Assembly: GCA_015233115.1 (NCBI GenBank)
Contig: JADFYJ010000004.1
Location: forward strand, 70,528-134,527
DNA: 64,000 bases
Source of the DNA: Candidatus Omnitrophota bacterium
GTDB taxonomy: Bacteria; Omnitrophota; Gorgyraeia; Zapsychrales; Zapsychraceae
Direction: 5' to 3'
The notes under the pieces are model-generated. The model was not told the origin of the DNA. It did not search any database and was given only the letters and a program-made list of their open reading frames with translations. Below are positions 18,703-26,333 of the stretch, piece by piece; the first letter of the stretch is position 1, and the number at the start of each line of letters is the position of its first letter. Both the position numbers and the translations under genes were made by a program.

Positions 18703-19328
18703 TTGCTCACCCTTTGTTTATAAATTTCATTTAACAGTTCTTCAGTACTTTTTATACCAGCTACGCGTTTCAATGCTTTTTCAATCATATCCATGGCTTC
18801 TGGACGTTTATATTGTAATTGGAGTAAAACTTCTAAAGCTTCTTCCTGCCAGCTGGCAGTGATGCTGTTTATAGACGGTGCAGTCACTTGATCCTGAATC
18901 AAAGCGAATTTCGCCATTTTCGTTTGAAGCTTAGCGACAATTTCTTTAGCCCGTTGAGTGCCAATACCCGGTAAACTGGTTAAAAATTTCACATCTCCAG
19001 CGCTGATGGCCTGCGCGATCTCTGACATCGGACGGTCTAGCGCTTTGACAGCCGCGCGGGGTCCGATCCCGGAAACCGTAATAAAACGCATAAAAAAATC
19101 CCGCTCCACATCATTGGCAAAACCGATCAACACGGGTGTTCCGCTAGACGGGCTGATCTGATGATAATGATACGTTACGAGACTAATATTTCCATCAGCA
19201 TCCATAATCTGATCGAGACGCTGTAATAACGGGGCCGGAACCATCACTTCGTAATAAAGCCCATGCACGTTTAATGTCAAAGACTGCTCTTTAGCACAAA
19301 TAAGTTTACCAATAATACCGACTATCAT
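18699..19328 (-). CDS. ruvA: Holliday junction branch-migration protein RuvA
   Basis: MIVGIIGKL start, GIG HhH motifs (VSGIGPRAA, LPGIGTQRA) and a C-terminal domain. Confidence 0.9.
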   Translation of the reverse strand: MIVGIIGKLICAKEQSLTLNVHGLYYEVMVPAPLLQRLDQIMDADGNISLVTYHYHQISPSSGTPVLIGFANDVERDFFMRFITVSGIGPRAAVKALDRPMSEIAQAISAGDVKFLTSLPGIGTQRAKEIVAKLQTKMAKFALIQDQVTAPSINSITASWQEEALEVLLQLQYKRPEAMDMIEKALKRVAGIKSTEELLNEIYKQRVSK

Positions 19329-19804
19329 GGTTTTCGTTCCATACTCACATAACCTAATGCTAAAGCCACCGCATCACTGGCATCTAATTTCATTTGCTCT
19401 TCTTTGACTTTCAATATGTGCGCTACTACTTTTCTAGTCTGAATCTTAGTCGCGTTTCCATTGCCGGCAACAGCTTTACGGATCCGCTTAACGCTGTATT
19501 CCACTAACTCGATCTTTTTTTGGACAGCCGCCAAACATATCACACCGCGGACATGCCCCATAACACCTGCCGTTGTCGGATATTGGGAATGGGTGTACAG
19601 TTTTTCCAGCACCATGACATCCGGTTTATATTCGTCGAGAATGGCGCAAAGAACATTATAAACTTTTTCAATTCTAATTTCAAAACGCGCGCTTTTAGAC
19701 GGCTCAATCGTACCCGCTTCAAGCAAAACACTTTTCTGTCCGGTATGATCCAACAAAGCATACCCAGCCACATTTGAACCAGGATCAATACCGATGATTA
19801 ACAT
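19325..19804 (-). CDS. ruvC: Crossover junction endodeoxyribonuclease RuvC
   Basis: MLIIGIDPGSNVAGYAL with catalytic Asp/Glu layout. Confidence 0.9.
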   Translation of the reverse strand: MLIIGIDPGSNVAGYALLDHTGQKSVLLEAGTIEPSKSARFEIRIEKVYNVLCAILDEYKPDVMVLEKLYTHSQYPTTAGVMGHVRGVICLAAVQKKIELVEYSVKRIRKAVAGNGNATKIQTRKVVAHILKVKEEQMKLDASDAVALALGYVSMERKP

Positions 19805-19842
19805 ATTAAAAACCGTGACAGTGTGACAGTGTTACATTTTTT

Positions 19843-20598
19843 CTAGCTTTCTGCTGCTATCTTCGCCATTTCTTCGTCGGAAATATCAAAATTCGCGTAT
19901 ACGTTCTGAACGTCTTCCTGTTCTTCCAACGCTTCCATCAACGCTAAAACTTGACGAGCATTTGCTCCATCCACTTGAATATATGTGCTAGGGATCATGG
20001 TCATTTCCGCTGAACTAACTATGATGCCTTTGGATTCAATAGCCGTCTTAACTTTTGGCAAATCACTGATAGCCGTCGTGATTTCATGCAATTCCCCCTC
20101 TGATACAACATCTTCAGCGCCAGCATCAAGCGCGATTTCCATAATCTGGTCTTCACTAGCTTTTGCTTTTTCAACCGTAATAAATCCTTTTTTCGTAAAC
20201 AAAAACGAGGTACTGCCCGGTGTAGCCATGGAACCGTTCTTTTTGCTCAATATATTCCGCAGTTCAGCTGTTGTCCGATTTTTATTATCAGTCAAGGTCG
20301 TAATATACATAGCAACGCCAGCAGGGCCGTACGCATCAAAAGAATTTTCTTCATAAACAATACCCGGAAGCTCACCTGTACCTTTTTTAATCGCATTTTC
20401 AACGTTAACTTGAGGCATGTTAATCATTCTGGCCCGTTCAATCGCAGTTCTAAGCGCCGCGTTAGTTTCAATACTGCCGCCGCCGGCTCTCGCCACGGTC
20501 GTAATTTCCCTGATCATTTTGGTAAAAGCTTGACCACGCTTAGCGTCTGCTGCCGCTTTTTTATGTTTTATGGTCGCCCATTTCGAATGTCCTGACAT
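19843..20598 (-). CDS. yebC: YebC/PmpR-family transcriptional regulator
   Basis: MSGHSKWATIKHKK signature start. Confidence 0.9.
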   Translation of the reverse strand: MSGHSKWATIKHKKAAADAKRGQAFTKMIREITTVARAGGGSIETNAALRTAIERARMINMPQVNVENAIKKGTGELPGIVYEENSFDAYGPAGVAMYITTLTDNKNRTTAELRNILSKKNGSMATPGSTSFLFTKKGFITVEKAKASEDQIMEIALDAGAEDVVSEGELHEITTAISDLPKVKTAIESKGIIVSSAEMTMIPSTYIQVDGANARQVLALMEALEEQEDVQNVYANFDISDEEMAKIAAES

Positions 20599-20684
20599 CT
20601 TAAATCCTCCTGTAATCTGTTTTTATAATTTTAAAGTAACATAGAAAAAACAATTGATAAAAAACTCATAACAGCTTAATAAAG

Positions 20685-20898
20685 CGACAACGTAACCGAG
20701 TGACCGAATAGCAAAGGACAACAAAAAAGAATTAGAACAAAAACAATACACAAAATTAAAAACAAAGGCCTAAATAACAAAAATAATAATGCTGATATTT
20801 TTTTAAATTTTTTTAGTTGTTGGCTTTTAGTTTTTGATCTTTCGCTTTCGCTTTTTCTTTTACTCTGTCACTCTGTTACTCGGTTACTCGGTTACTCT
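20685..20898. repeat. Inverted pair of GTAACCGAG/GTGACCGA-type repeat blocks bracketing an AT-rich spacer of about 150 bp
   Basis: The left arm is ~20685..20712 (gacaacgtaaccgagtgaccgaatagc). The right arm is ~20860..20898 (tactctgtcactctgttactcggttactcggttactctgtcact), which is the reverse complement. Confidence 0.7.
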
Positions 20899-20908
20899 GT
20901 CACTTTTT

Positions 20909-21238
20909 TAATGAAAACCCATAAGCCGAGTTCTGTAACCTCTCACGAGGCGATGGTTATTCCACTCACGCCGAAGCTTACGCCCCGGTATCTTGCAGCC
21001 TACCCGGAAATATTAACGCGACGGATCGCCGCGCGTTTGGACAAACCAAAACTCTTTCCCTATTTGGCCTTACTCCATGCAGAGATTGCTCGTTTCACTT
21101 CCTCTTTCAAGGACTCGTCTCTGTAGCTCTAATCCAGTGTCTCCACTGCCTTGCGTTAACAAGGTGCATTATCCTTCGGAGCTCGGACTTTCCTCCCTGC
21201 CGTGTTAAACAGTAGGGCAACCACCCTAGGTTTTCATT
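20909..21238 (-). ncRNA. rnpB: RNase P RNA, bacterial type A
   Basis: The minus-strand reading contains AGGGAGGAAAGUCCGAGCUCC (P4 5' strand), AAGGCCAAAUAGGG, GGGUAGGCUGC and ACAGAACUCGGCUUAU (P4 3' strand). The P1 helix is aaugaaaacc/ggguuuucauu. The 5' end overlaps the rnhA stop by about 13 nt. A 71-aa plus-strand ORF call here is spurious. Confidence 0.8.
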
Positions 21239-21627
21239 TCTTTTATAGACGATGTTGCTAACTTATCGGCGATTTTATTTTTTTCGCGCGGAATGTGCGC
21301 AATCGAAAATTCGGCAATTCCTTTTTTCAAACGAAGAGCTTCTCTGCATAAATTCTGAAGGTTCGCGTTCTTGATCTGATATTTACCGGTAACCTGCTTA
21401 AAAACCAATTCACTATCCGTAAAAATATTGACCTTGTCTGCTTTCATGGCTAAAGCTTCTTTCAAAGCACAAATCAACGCTGAATATTCCGCGATGTTGT
21501 TCGTCCCTTCACCGATATAACGGGAAATTTCTTTGACGACAATATCATCTTTTTTAATGGCGACGCCGATCCCCGCAGGGCCGGGATTCCCGCTGCACGC
21601 GCCGTCAATATATATTTCTAAAATCAT
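21226..21627 (-). CDS. rnhA: Ribonuclease HI
   Basis: MILEIYIDGACSGNPGPAGIG...E..A...AL...DS (DEDD catalytic layout), 133 aa. Confidence 0.85.
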   Translation of the reverse strand: MILEIYIDGACSGNPGPAGIGVAIKKDDIVVKEISRYIGEGTNNIAEYSALICALKEALAMKADKVNIFTDSELVFKQVTGKYQIKNANLQNLCREALRLKKGIAEFSIAHIPREKNKIADKLATSSIKEMKT

Positions 21628-21731
21628 TATGCCTGTTCCTAAAAAATGGTGTCAGACCTCAACCTGAAAGATTTTGTTCAAAATGAAAACGGTTCAACGG
21701 TTAACTTCCTGGCGCCTAAGCTCAGTCGAGA

Positions 21732-22457
21732 TCAGACACCATTTTGTTCCTCAAGATACAAAATCCGGGCACACACGACGCACATCACTAAATCTTCCAT
21801 CATTTTTGCGGCATTGACCTGCTGGGTGGTTACATTCATGAAACATCCGCCGCAGGAATTGCCGACGATGGGAACAATGGCTAATCCGTCTTTTTTGGCT
21901 AACATCCTTTCGTAACGGCTCAATAATCCTAAATCAACCCCAGCCACCAGCCCTATTCTCTGGCCTTCCAATTCCGCTAATCGGTTTTTCATCTGCGTTA
22001 ATTCATCATCAATGGTTTTTTTCTTAGACGCGAATTCTTTCTCACTCTCAGCAACATTCTTCTTTTCCGCATCAATCTCTTTATTCACGGCCTCTGATTC
22101 ATCATACGAAATTAAAATTTTCTCTTCGATGAGCGACATATCCGCTTTAATGTTTTCAATCTCCGATTGCTTGGCATGATATTCTTTATTCGTTTTAAGC
22201 AGAGATAATTGCCCATTCGCTTTGGCGGCCGCGTCTTCTTTGGTCTTTAACTCAAGTTCTTTTTCTTTACGGGTTAACTGAATTCTTTTTGATTTTTCTT
22301 CCAGCTGAGCCAGTTTCGCTTTCTTGACTTCAAACGCGGCTTTAAGCTCGTCGATCAATTTGGGTTTCTCAACTAATGTTTCTTTAAGATCATGAAGCTC
22401 TTTATCGTTTTTCTGCAATGCAATCAACTTCTTCAACTGTTCTTTAATATCAGCCAC
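21732..22457 (-). CDS. Zinc-ribbon coiled-coil protein (COG1579 family)
   Basis: A long coiled coil followed by a C-terminal CGGC...CVVC zinc ribbon. It sits immediately upstream of rnhA and rnpB. Confidence 0.7.
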   Translation of the reverse strand: MADIKEQLKKLIALQKNDKELHDLKETLVEKPKLIDELKAAFEVKKAKLAQLEEKSKRIQLTRKEKELELKTKEDAAAKANGQLSLLKTNKEYHAKQSEIENIKADMSLIEEKILISYDESEAVNKEIDAEKKNVAESEKEFASKKKTIDDELTQMKNRLAELEGQRIGLVAGVDLGLLSRYERMLAKKDGLAIVPIVGNSCGGCFMNVTTQQVNAAKMMEDLVMCVVCARILYLEEQNGV

Positions 22458-22605
22458 TGGTTATCCTTTTTAAGAGTGAAAGGTAAAAAGAAAAATGGGC
22501 ACAGAAGGGCTCGGCGCCTTCGGTCGGCCACCCGCCCCGCAAGCAAGATGCTCCTATTCGTCGCATCTGCGGGGCTCCCTTCGAGCCTTGATACTTTTTT
22601 CAAAA
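22458..22605 (-). other. tRNA-Val 3'-trailer module: a conserved ~75-nt structured element ending in a 21-nt copy of the tRNA-Val 3' end
   Basis: Minus-strand reading gives ...ctcgaagggagccccgcagatgcgacgaataggagcatcttgcttgcggggcgggtggccgaccgaaggcgccgagcccttctgtgcccatttt. The last 21 nt are identical to the tRNA-Val 3' end plus trailer. There is a nested hairpin CCCCGCA/TGCGGGG around GATGC/GCATC, and a T-arm-like hairpin GAAGG-cgccgagc-CCTTC. Confidence 0.6.
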
Positions 22606-22679
22606 TGGGCACAGAAGGGCTCGAACCTTCGACCTCAGCGATGTGAACGCTGCGCTCTAACCAACTGAGCTATGCGCCC
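22606..22679 (-). tRNA. tRNA-Val (anticodon CAC)
   Basis: Minus-strand GGGCGCATAGCTCAGTTGGTTAGAGCGCAGCGTTCACATCGCTGAGGTCGAAGGTTCGAGCCCTTCTGTGCCCA folds as a canonical cloverleaf. Anticodon loop is TTCACAT. CCA is not encoded. Confidence 0.9.
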
Positions 22680-22823
22680 TGAAAAACTATATAAAATCTA
22701 TTTATGGGCCCACAGGGACTCGGCGCCCTTACGGGTCGGCCACTCGCCCCGCAAAACCTGATGCTCCTATTCGTCGCATCTGCGGGGCTCTCTTCGAGTC
22801 CCTTTCTGCTATGAAATTATTTA
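22680..22823 (-). other. tRNA-Met/Ile2 3'-trailer module, homologous to 22458..22605, ending in a 23-nt copy of this tRNA's 3' end
   Basis: Minus-strand reading gives ...ctcgaagagagccccgcagatgcgacgaataggagcatcaggttttgcggggcgagtggccgacccgtaagggcgccgagtccctgtgggcccataaata. The core is more than 85% identical to the Val module. The 3' end matches this tRNA rather than tRNA-Val. Confidence 0.6.
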
Positions 22824-22897
22824 TGGGCCCACAGGGACTCGAACCCCGGACCAAGTGATTATGAGTCACCTGCTCTAACCGCCTGAGCTATGGGCCC
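22824..22897 (-). tRNA. tRNA with CAT anticodon: elongator Met, or more likely Ile2 (lysidine)
   Basis: Minus-strand GGGCCCATAGCTCAGGCGGTTAGAGCAGGTGACTCATAATCACTTGGTCCGGGGTTCGAGTCCCTGTGGGCCCA. G1:C72 pairs, so it is not an initiator. From memory, the anticodon arm GGTGA-CTCATAA-TCACT and variable loop TGGTC closely resemble E. coli tRNA-Ile2. Confidence 0.85.
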
Positions 22898-22912
22898 TAT
22901 ATATATAAATAT

Positions 22913-22942
22913 CTTAATTATAGGTTTTTTAGCATATCACAA
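22913..22942 (-). promoter_or_regulatory. Putative sigma-70 promoter for the tRNA pair (minus strand)
   Basis: Minus-strand TTGTGA (-35) ... TATAAT (-10) about 20 nt upstream of the tRNA 5' end. The spacer is only about 14 nt, so this is weak. Confidence 0.3.
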
Positions 22943-23147
22943 GGTTATTTATCTTTCAATATATTTCAGGAAGGAAACAAAAAAAGGATATTCCTGTAAG
23001 TATATGGCAAATAATATGTTATACAAATGAACCTGAAAAAAATATCAGTGTCTAGTTAAAATAGAAATAAACATGCTTATTCTGATAAATTACCCGAATT
23101 CTCACCAACAGTTTTCAAACCAACTATACAAATTATTTTTTATATTC

Positions 23148-23200
23148 TCCCTATCGCCTATTGCCTATCACCTATTGCCTTATTTATGGCGTTTCCCAAT
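23148..23200. repeat. CCTATYG heptamer tandem repeat downstream of the ssb stop
   Basis: Direct reading gives cctatcgcctattgcctatcacctattgcc. Confidence 0.75.
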
Positions 23201-23582
23201 TATTGTCACCCACAAAACCAGCTTCCTCTTTTGGTACATCAGAAGCAGGTTTACCTGAATAAAGAAATTGAACATTAACGGCAATAACTTTTACCCGGCT
23301 GCGTTTTTCCCCTGCATCAGTTTGCCATTGTTCTTGACGGAGCCGGCCGGTAACCACAACTGGACTGCCTTTTTTTAAATACTTATTACAATTTTCAGCC
23401 TGGACTCCCCACACATCCACATCCATAAACAAAACTTCTTTTTTCTTTTCATTATTCGACATATACGTCCGATTGCTCGCCACAACTATAGACGCGACTT
23501 TTTGACCCGAAGGCAAATCCTTCAAAACGACATCTTTAGCTAAATTCCCACCCAATATCACGCTGTTAATTTCAAAGCTCAT
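23184..23582 (-). CDS. ssb: Single-stranded DNA-binding protein (OB fold), atypical C-terminus
   Basis: An SSB OB-fold motif layout (VILGGNLAKD...RTYMSN...VDVWGVQAENC...GSPVVVTGRL...QW) is present, but the canonical acidic DDDIPF tail is absent. The protein ends GDNNWETP. Confidence 0.75.
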   Translation of the reverse strand: MSFEINSVILGGNLAKDVVLKDLPSGQKVASIVVASNRTYMSNNEKKKEVLFMDVDVWGVQAENCNKYLKKGSPVVVTGRLRQEQWQTDAGEKRSRVKVIAVNVQFLYSGKPASDVPKEEAGFVGDNNWETP

Positions 23583-23598
23583 GAGGTTAGCCTTTCTC

Positions 23599-24420
23599 TT
23601 ATTCTCTTACCACTTTTATCTTTAATATCCCCGACGGACGGACGCCCTGATACGGTAAAGCGTAAACACATTCAATCTCAACTTCTTTGGGAACGCCAAA
23701 ACCCTCCCCTTTAAAAATAGTTGTCCGGGTTTCTCCTGATTTCAAATAAAAATCCTTAATGTCTTTCGCGTTCTCATCAGCCCGTTTAATTCCCCAAGGT
23801 CTCCCTCCATATAAAAAAAATACAGTTTGTTCGTTTAAATCTTTAAACTTAAGCATTTGCCTCCCGGTATTTTTTAACGTCACCTTAAAAGTAATATCTT
23901 CATTTAAAGCATAGACCTCTTTTTCCGGTCTTAAAATTAATTTGTAGGGTAAATATTCCTGTTCCAAATCCCATAATCCTTGGCCAAAATCTTCAACATA
24001 TTTTTCTAAATCAAAAAAACGTTGGCGGCCGCCAGGATCAGTAAAACCCGCTAATTTAATCCCTAACAACGGAAACTCTTTTTCAAAATACCCCTCCCGG
24101 TTGAAAAAGGCGCTTTGATCCGCGGTCTTAATAATTTCCAACCCTAATTCATATTTAATCGGACGGCGCGACTGAGTATCCGCGTATTTATAGACAAAAG
24201 TTTTAATCCCATATTGATTTTTTACCGTCGAAATCTGATCAAAATCATTTAATTCTTTATACACCTTTTTCATTTTAACGATATGGATAAAAATCTGATT
24301 CATCGCCATATTGCACGAAGAAACAGTATCACCGGTAAATTTGAATTCTTGAGCTCTGGCCGTCGTACAAAATAGCAGAAGAAAAAATAAACCACAAAAA
24401 AAATTTTTAAACATTAACAA
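23599..24420 (-). CDS. Hypothetical secreted protein
   Basis: N-terminal signal peptide (LFFLLLFCTTARAQEF). No recognisable motifs. Confidence 0.55.
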   Translation of the reverse strand: MLMFKNFFCGLFFLLLFCTTARAQEFKFTGDTVSSCNMAMNQIFIHIVKMKKVYKELNDFDQISTVKNQYGIKTFVYKYADTQSRRPIKYELGLEIIKTADQSAFFNREGYFEKEFPLLGIKLAGFTDPGGRQRFFDLEKYVEDFGQGLWDLEQEYLPYKLILRPEKEVYALNEDITFKVTLKNTGRQMLKFKDLNEQTVFFLYGGRPWGIKRADENAKDIKDFYLKSGETRTTIFKGEGFGVPKEVEIECVYALPYQGVRPSGILKIKVVRE

Positions 24421-24424
24421 TCCT

Positions 24425-24665
24425 TCCTAAAAAAGTGACCGAGTAACAGAGTAACCATGTAACAAAGTTAAAAAACGATTTTTTAAAAACACCAAAAGCT
24501 AAAAAAAATAAAATAATTTCCAATACCGATTTATTAGTTTAACAAAAAAATACAAAATAATTAACTATTTTGTTTCTCGTTTTTTGCTTTTGCTTTTTCT
24601 CAACATTCAATTTTTATTTACCCGCTTTTACTCTGTCACACTGTTACTCGGTTACTCGGTTACTA
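24425..24665. repeat. Inverted pair of GTAACAGAG/GTAACCGAG-type repeat blocks bracketing an AT-rich spacer of about 170 bp
   Basis: The left arm is 24425..24460 (gtgaccgagtaacagagtaaccatgtaacaaagt). The right arm is 24628..24665 (actctgtcacactgttactcggttactcggttact). Confidence 0.7.
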
Positions 24666-24709
24666 TAAAAAAACGGCCCTGTACCATTTGGTCCAGGGCC
24701 GTTTTTTTA
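24666..24709 (-). terminator. Rho-independent terminator after rpoD (bidirectional)
   Basis: Perfect 9-bp stem ACGGCCCTG/CAGGGCCGT with an extended inner stem, flanked by A7 on one side and T7 on the other. Confidence 0.65.
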
Positions 24710-26299
24710 TATTGTATCCTCATCGTGCTCAGTCATATCAAGAAATTGTTTGATACGACGAGAACGAGTGGGATGACGCAGCTTTTTGAGCGCTTTGGAT
24801 TCGATTTGGCGGACACGTTCCCGGGTCACGTTAAATTCCATACCCACTTCTTCAAGAGTGCGGGTTGTACCATCGTGAATCCCAAAACGTAATTCCAAAA
24901 TTTTTCGTTCACGGTCATCTAAAGTCTGCAAAACCGAATTAATTTCATCTTTCAGCATAGACTGCAACGTAGCCATAGCTGGAGACACTGCTTTTTTATC
25001 TTCAATAAAATCTCCAAAATGAGTATCTCCCTCATCGCCGATGGGAGTCTGCAATGAAATCGGCACTTGAGAAATTTTAAGGATTTCTTTCACTTTAATG
25101 ACCGGCATGCGCATCTGTTTCGCGATCTCTTGCGCGCTGGGTTCACGTCCGTATTCTTGCACGAATAAACGGGAAATACGCACAATCTTATTGATCGTCT
25201 CAGTCATGTGAACCGGAATACGGATTGTCCGCGCCTGATCAGCGATCGAACGCGTAATAGCCTGACGAATCCACCAGGTGGCATAAGTCGAAAATTTATA
25301 CCCGCGTTTATATTCGAATTTTTCAACCGCGCGGATCAAACCCATATTGCCTTCCTGGATTAAATCCAAAAATGAAAGCCCGCGGTTAATATATTTCTTA
25401 GCGATACTGACCACCAAACGCAAGTTCGCTTCTACCAACAACTTTTTCGCTTTATTAAATTTAGACTGACGAAGTTTAATAATACGAAGTTGTTCTTTAA
25501 CAACCTCTGTGTCCTGACCTAATTTCTTAGAAAGATCAGCCAACTCTTTTTTTAAGGCCGGGTCTTTCTTGGTCTTAACAGATTTTTCCAATTTTTCAAT
25601 GCGGTGGACCAGGTCCAGAATCCCATCCACAATTTTTTCATTAAACGTGGCGGTCAATTTAAACTGTGCTAATAATTCCGCGGCTTTATCGGTAGCCGGC
25701 TTAACTTTCAAAATTTGTTGTCTAATTCGTTTGAGATCCGGCACCAAATTCGAACGGCGTTCTAGCTCATCCTTAATCATATCTTCGGGATTCACTTCAC
25801 CCACGCCGATCTTGCTGACGCATTCCAAAGCCGCATCCCGGGCATATACAGTTTTGTACAGGGCTTCCGCAAAACCGATTTCCGCTTCTTCTATACGTTT
25901 AGCCAGACTAATCTCGTTTTCACGGGACAAAAGAGGGATTGACCCCATTTGCTTCAAATACATTTTGACCGGATCGTCGAGCGGAATAAACTTATCGGAA
26001 TAACCGGTATCATCTTCCTTATTTTCTTCACGGACCCGGCGCACTTCCTGCTCACGCGTTTCCTTTTCTAATTCTTCTTCCGACCCCTCGACTTCTTCAT
26101 CCGAGTCAATGATCCGGATATCTTTTCCGTCAAGGATATCAAACACTTTATCAATTTCTTCCGAAGACTCAACATTTTCGGACAAAGCTTCATTCACTTC
26201 CGAATAGGTCAAGAAACCTTTTTTCTTTCCCAAAGCCACGAGTTTCTCGATATCCTGCGCAATATCATACTTCTCGTTACGGGTGACCGTGTCTTTCAT
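24707..26299 (-). CDS. rpoD: RNA polymerase sigma factor RpoD (sigma-70)
   Basis: Regions 1.2 to 4 are present: [12 protein letters not shown] (2.3/2.4), IRIPVHM, and the region 4.2 HTH ([27 protein letters not shown]). Confidence 0.95.
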   Translation of the reverse strand: MKDTVTRNEKYDIAQDIEKLVALGKKKGFLTYSEVNEALSENVESSEEIDKVFDILDGKDIRIIDSDEEVEGSEEELEKETREQEVRRVREENKEDDTGYSDKFIPLDDPVKMYLKQMGSIPLLSRENEISLAKRIEEAEIGFAEALYKTVYARDAALECVSKIGVGEVNPEDMIKDELERRSNLVPDLKRIRQQILKVKPATDKAAELLAQFKLTATFNEKIVDGILDLVHRIEKLEKSVKTKKDPALKKELADLSKKLGQDTEVVKEQLRIIKLRQSKFNKAKKLLVEANLRLVVSIAKKYINRGLSFLDLIQEGNMGLIRAVEKFEYKRGYKFSTYATWWIRQAITRSIADQARTIRIPVHMTETINKIVRISRLFVQEYGREPSAQEIAKQMRMPVIKVKEILKISQVPISLQTPIGDEGDTHFGDFIEDKKAVSPAMATLQSMLKDEINSVLQTLDDRERKILELRFGIHDGTTRTLEEVGMEFNVTRERVRQIESKALKKLRHPTRSRRIKQFLDMTEHDEDTI

Positions 26300-26333
26300 A
26301 AACCACCTTATTTTAACAAATACTGGTTAAAAT

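Noticed and set aside
20911-21126. 71-aa plus-strand ORF in the ORF track
   Set aside because: It lies entirely within the RNase P RNA gene on the opposite strand. It has no RBS and an odd composition. It is an artefact of translating structured RNA.
22458-22823. Possibility that the tRNA-adjacent modules are additional tRNA genes or tRNA pseudogenes
   Set aside because: Only the T-arm 3' strand, acceptor 3' strand and trailer are copied. There is no D-arm or anticodon arm and no 5' acceptor strand capable of pairing. They are therefore not tRNA genes. I kept them as a separate finding.
23073-23258. 61-aa plus-strand ORF downstream of ssb
   Set aside because: It is a translation of the CCTATTG repeat array and the antisense end of ssb. 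It is not a gene.
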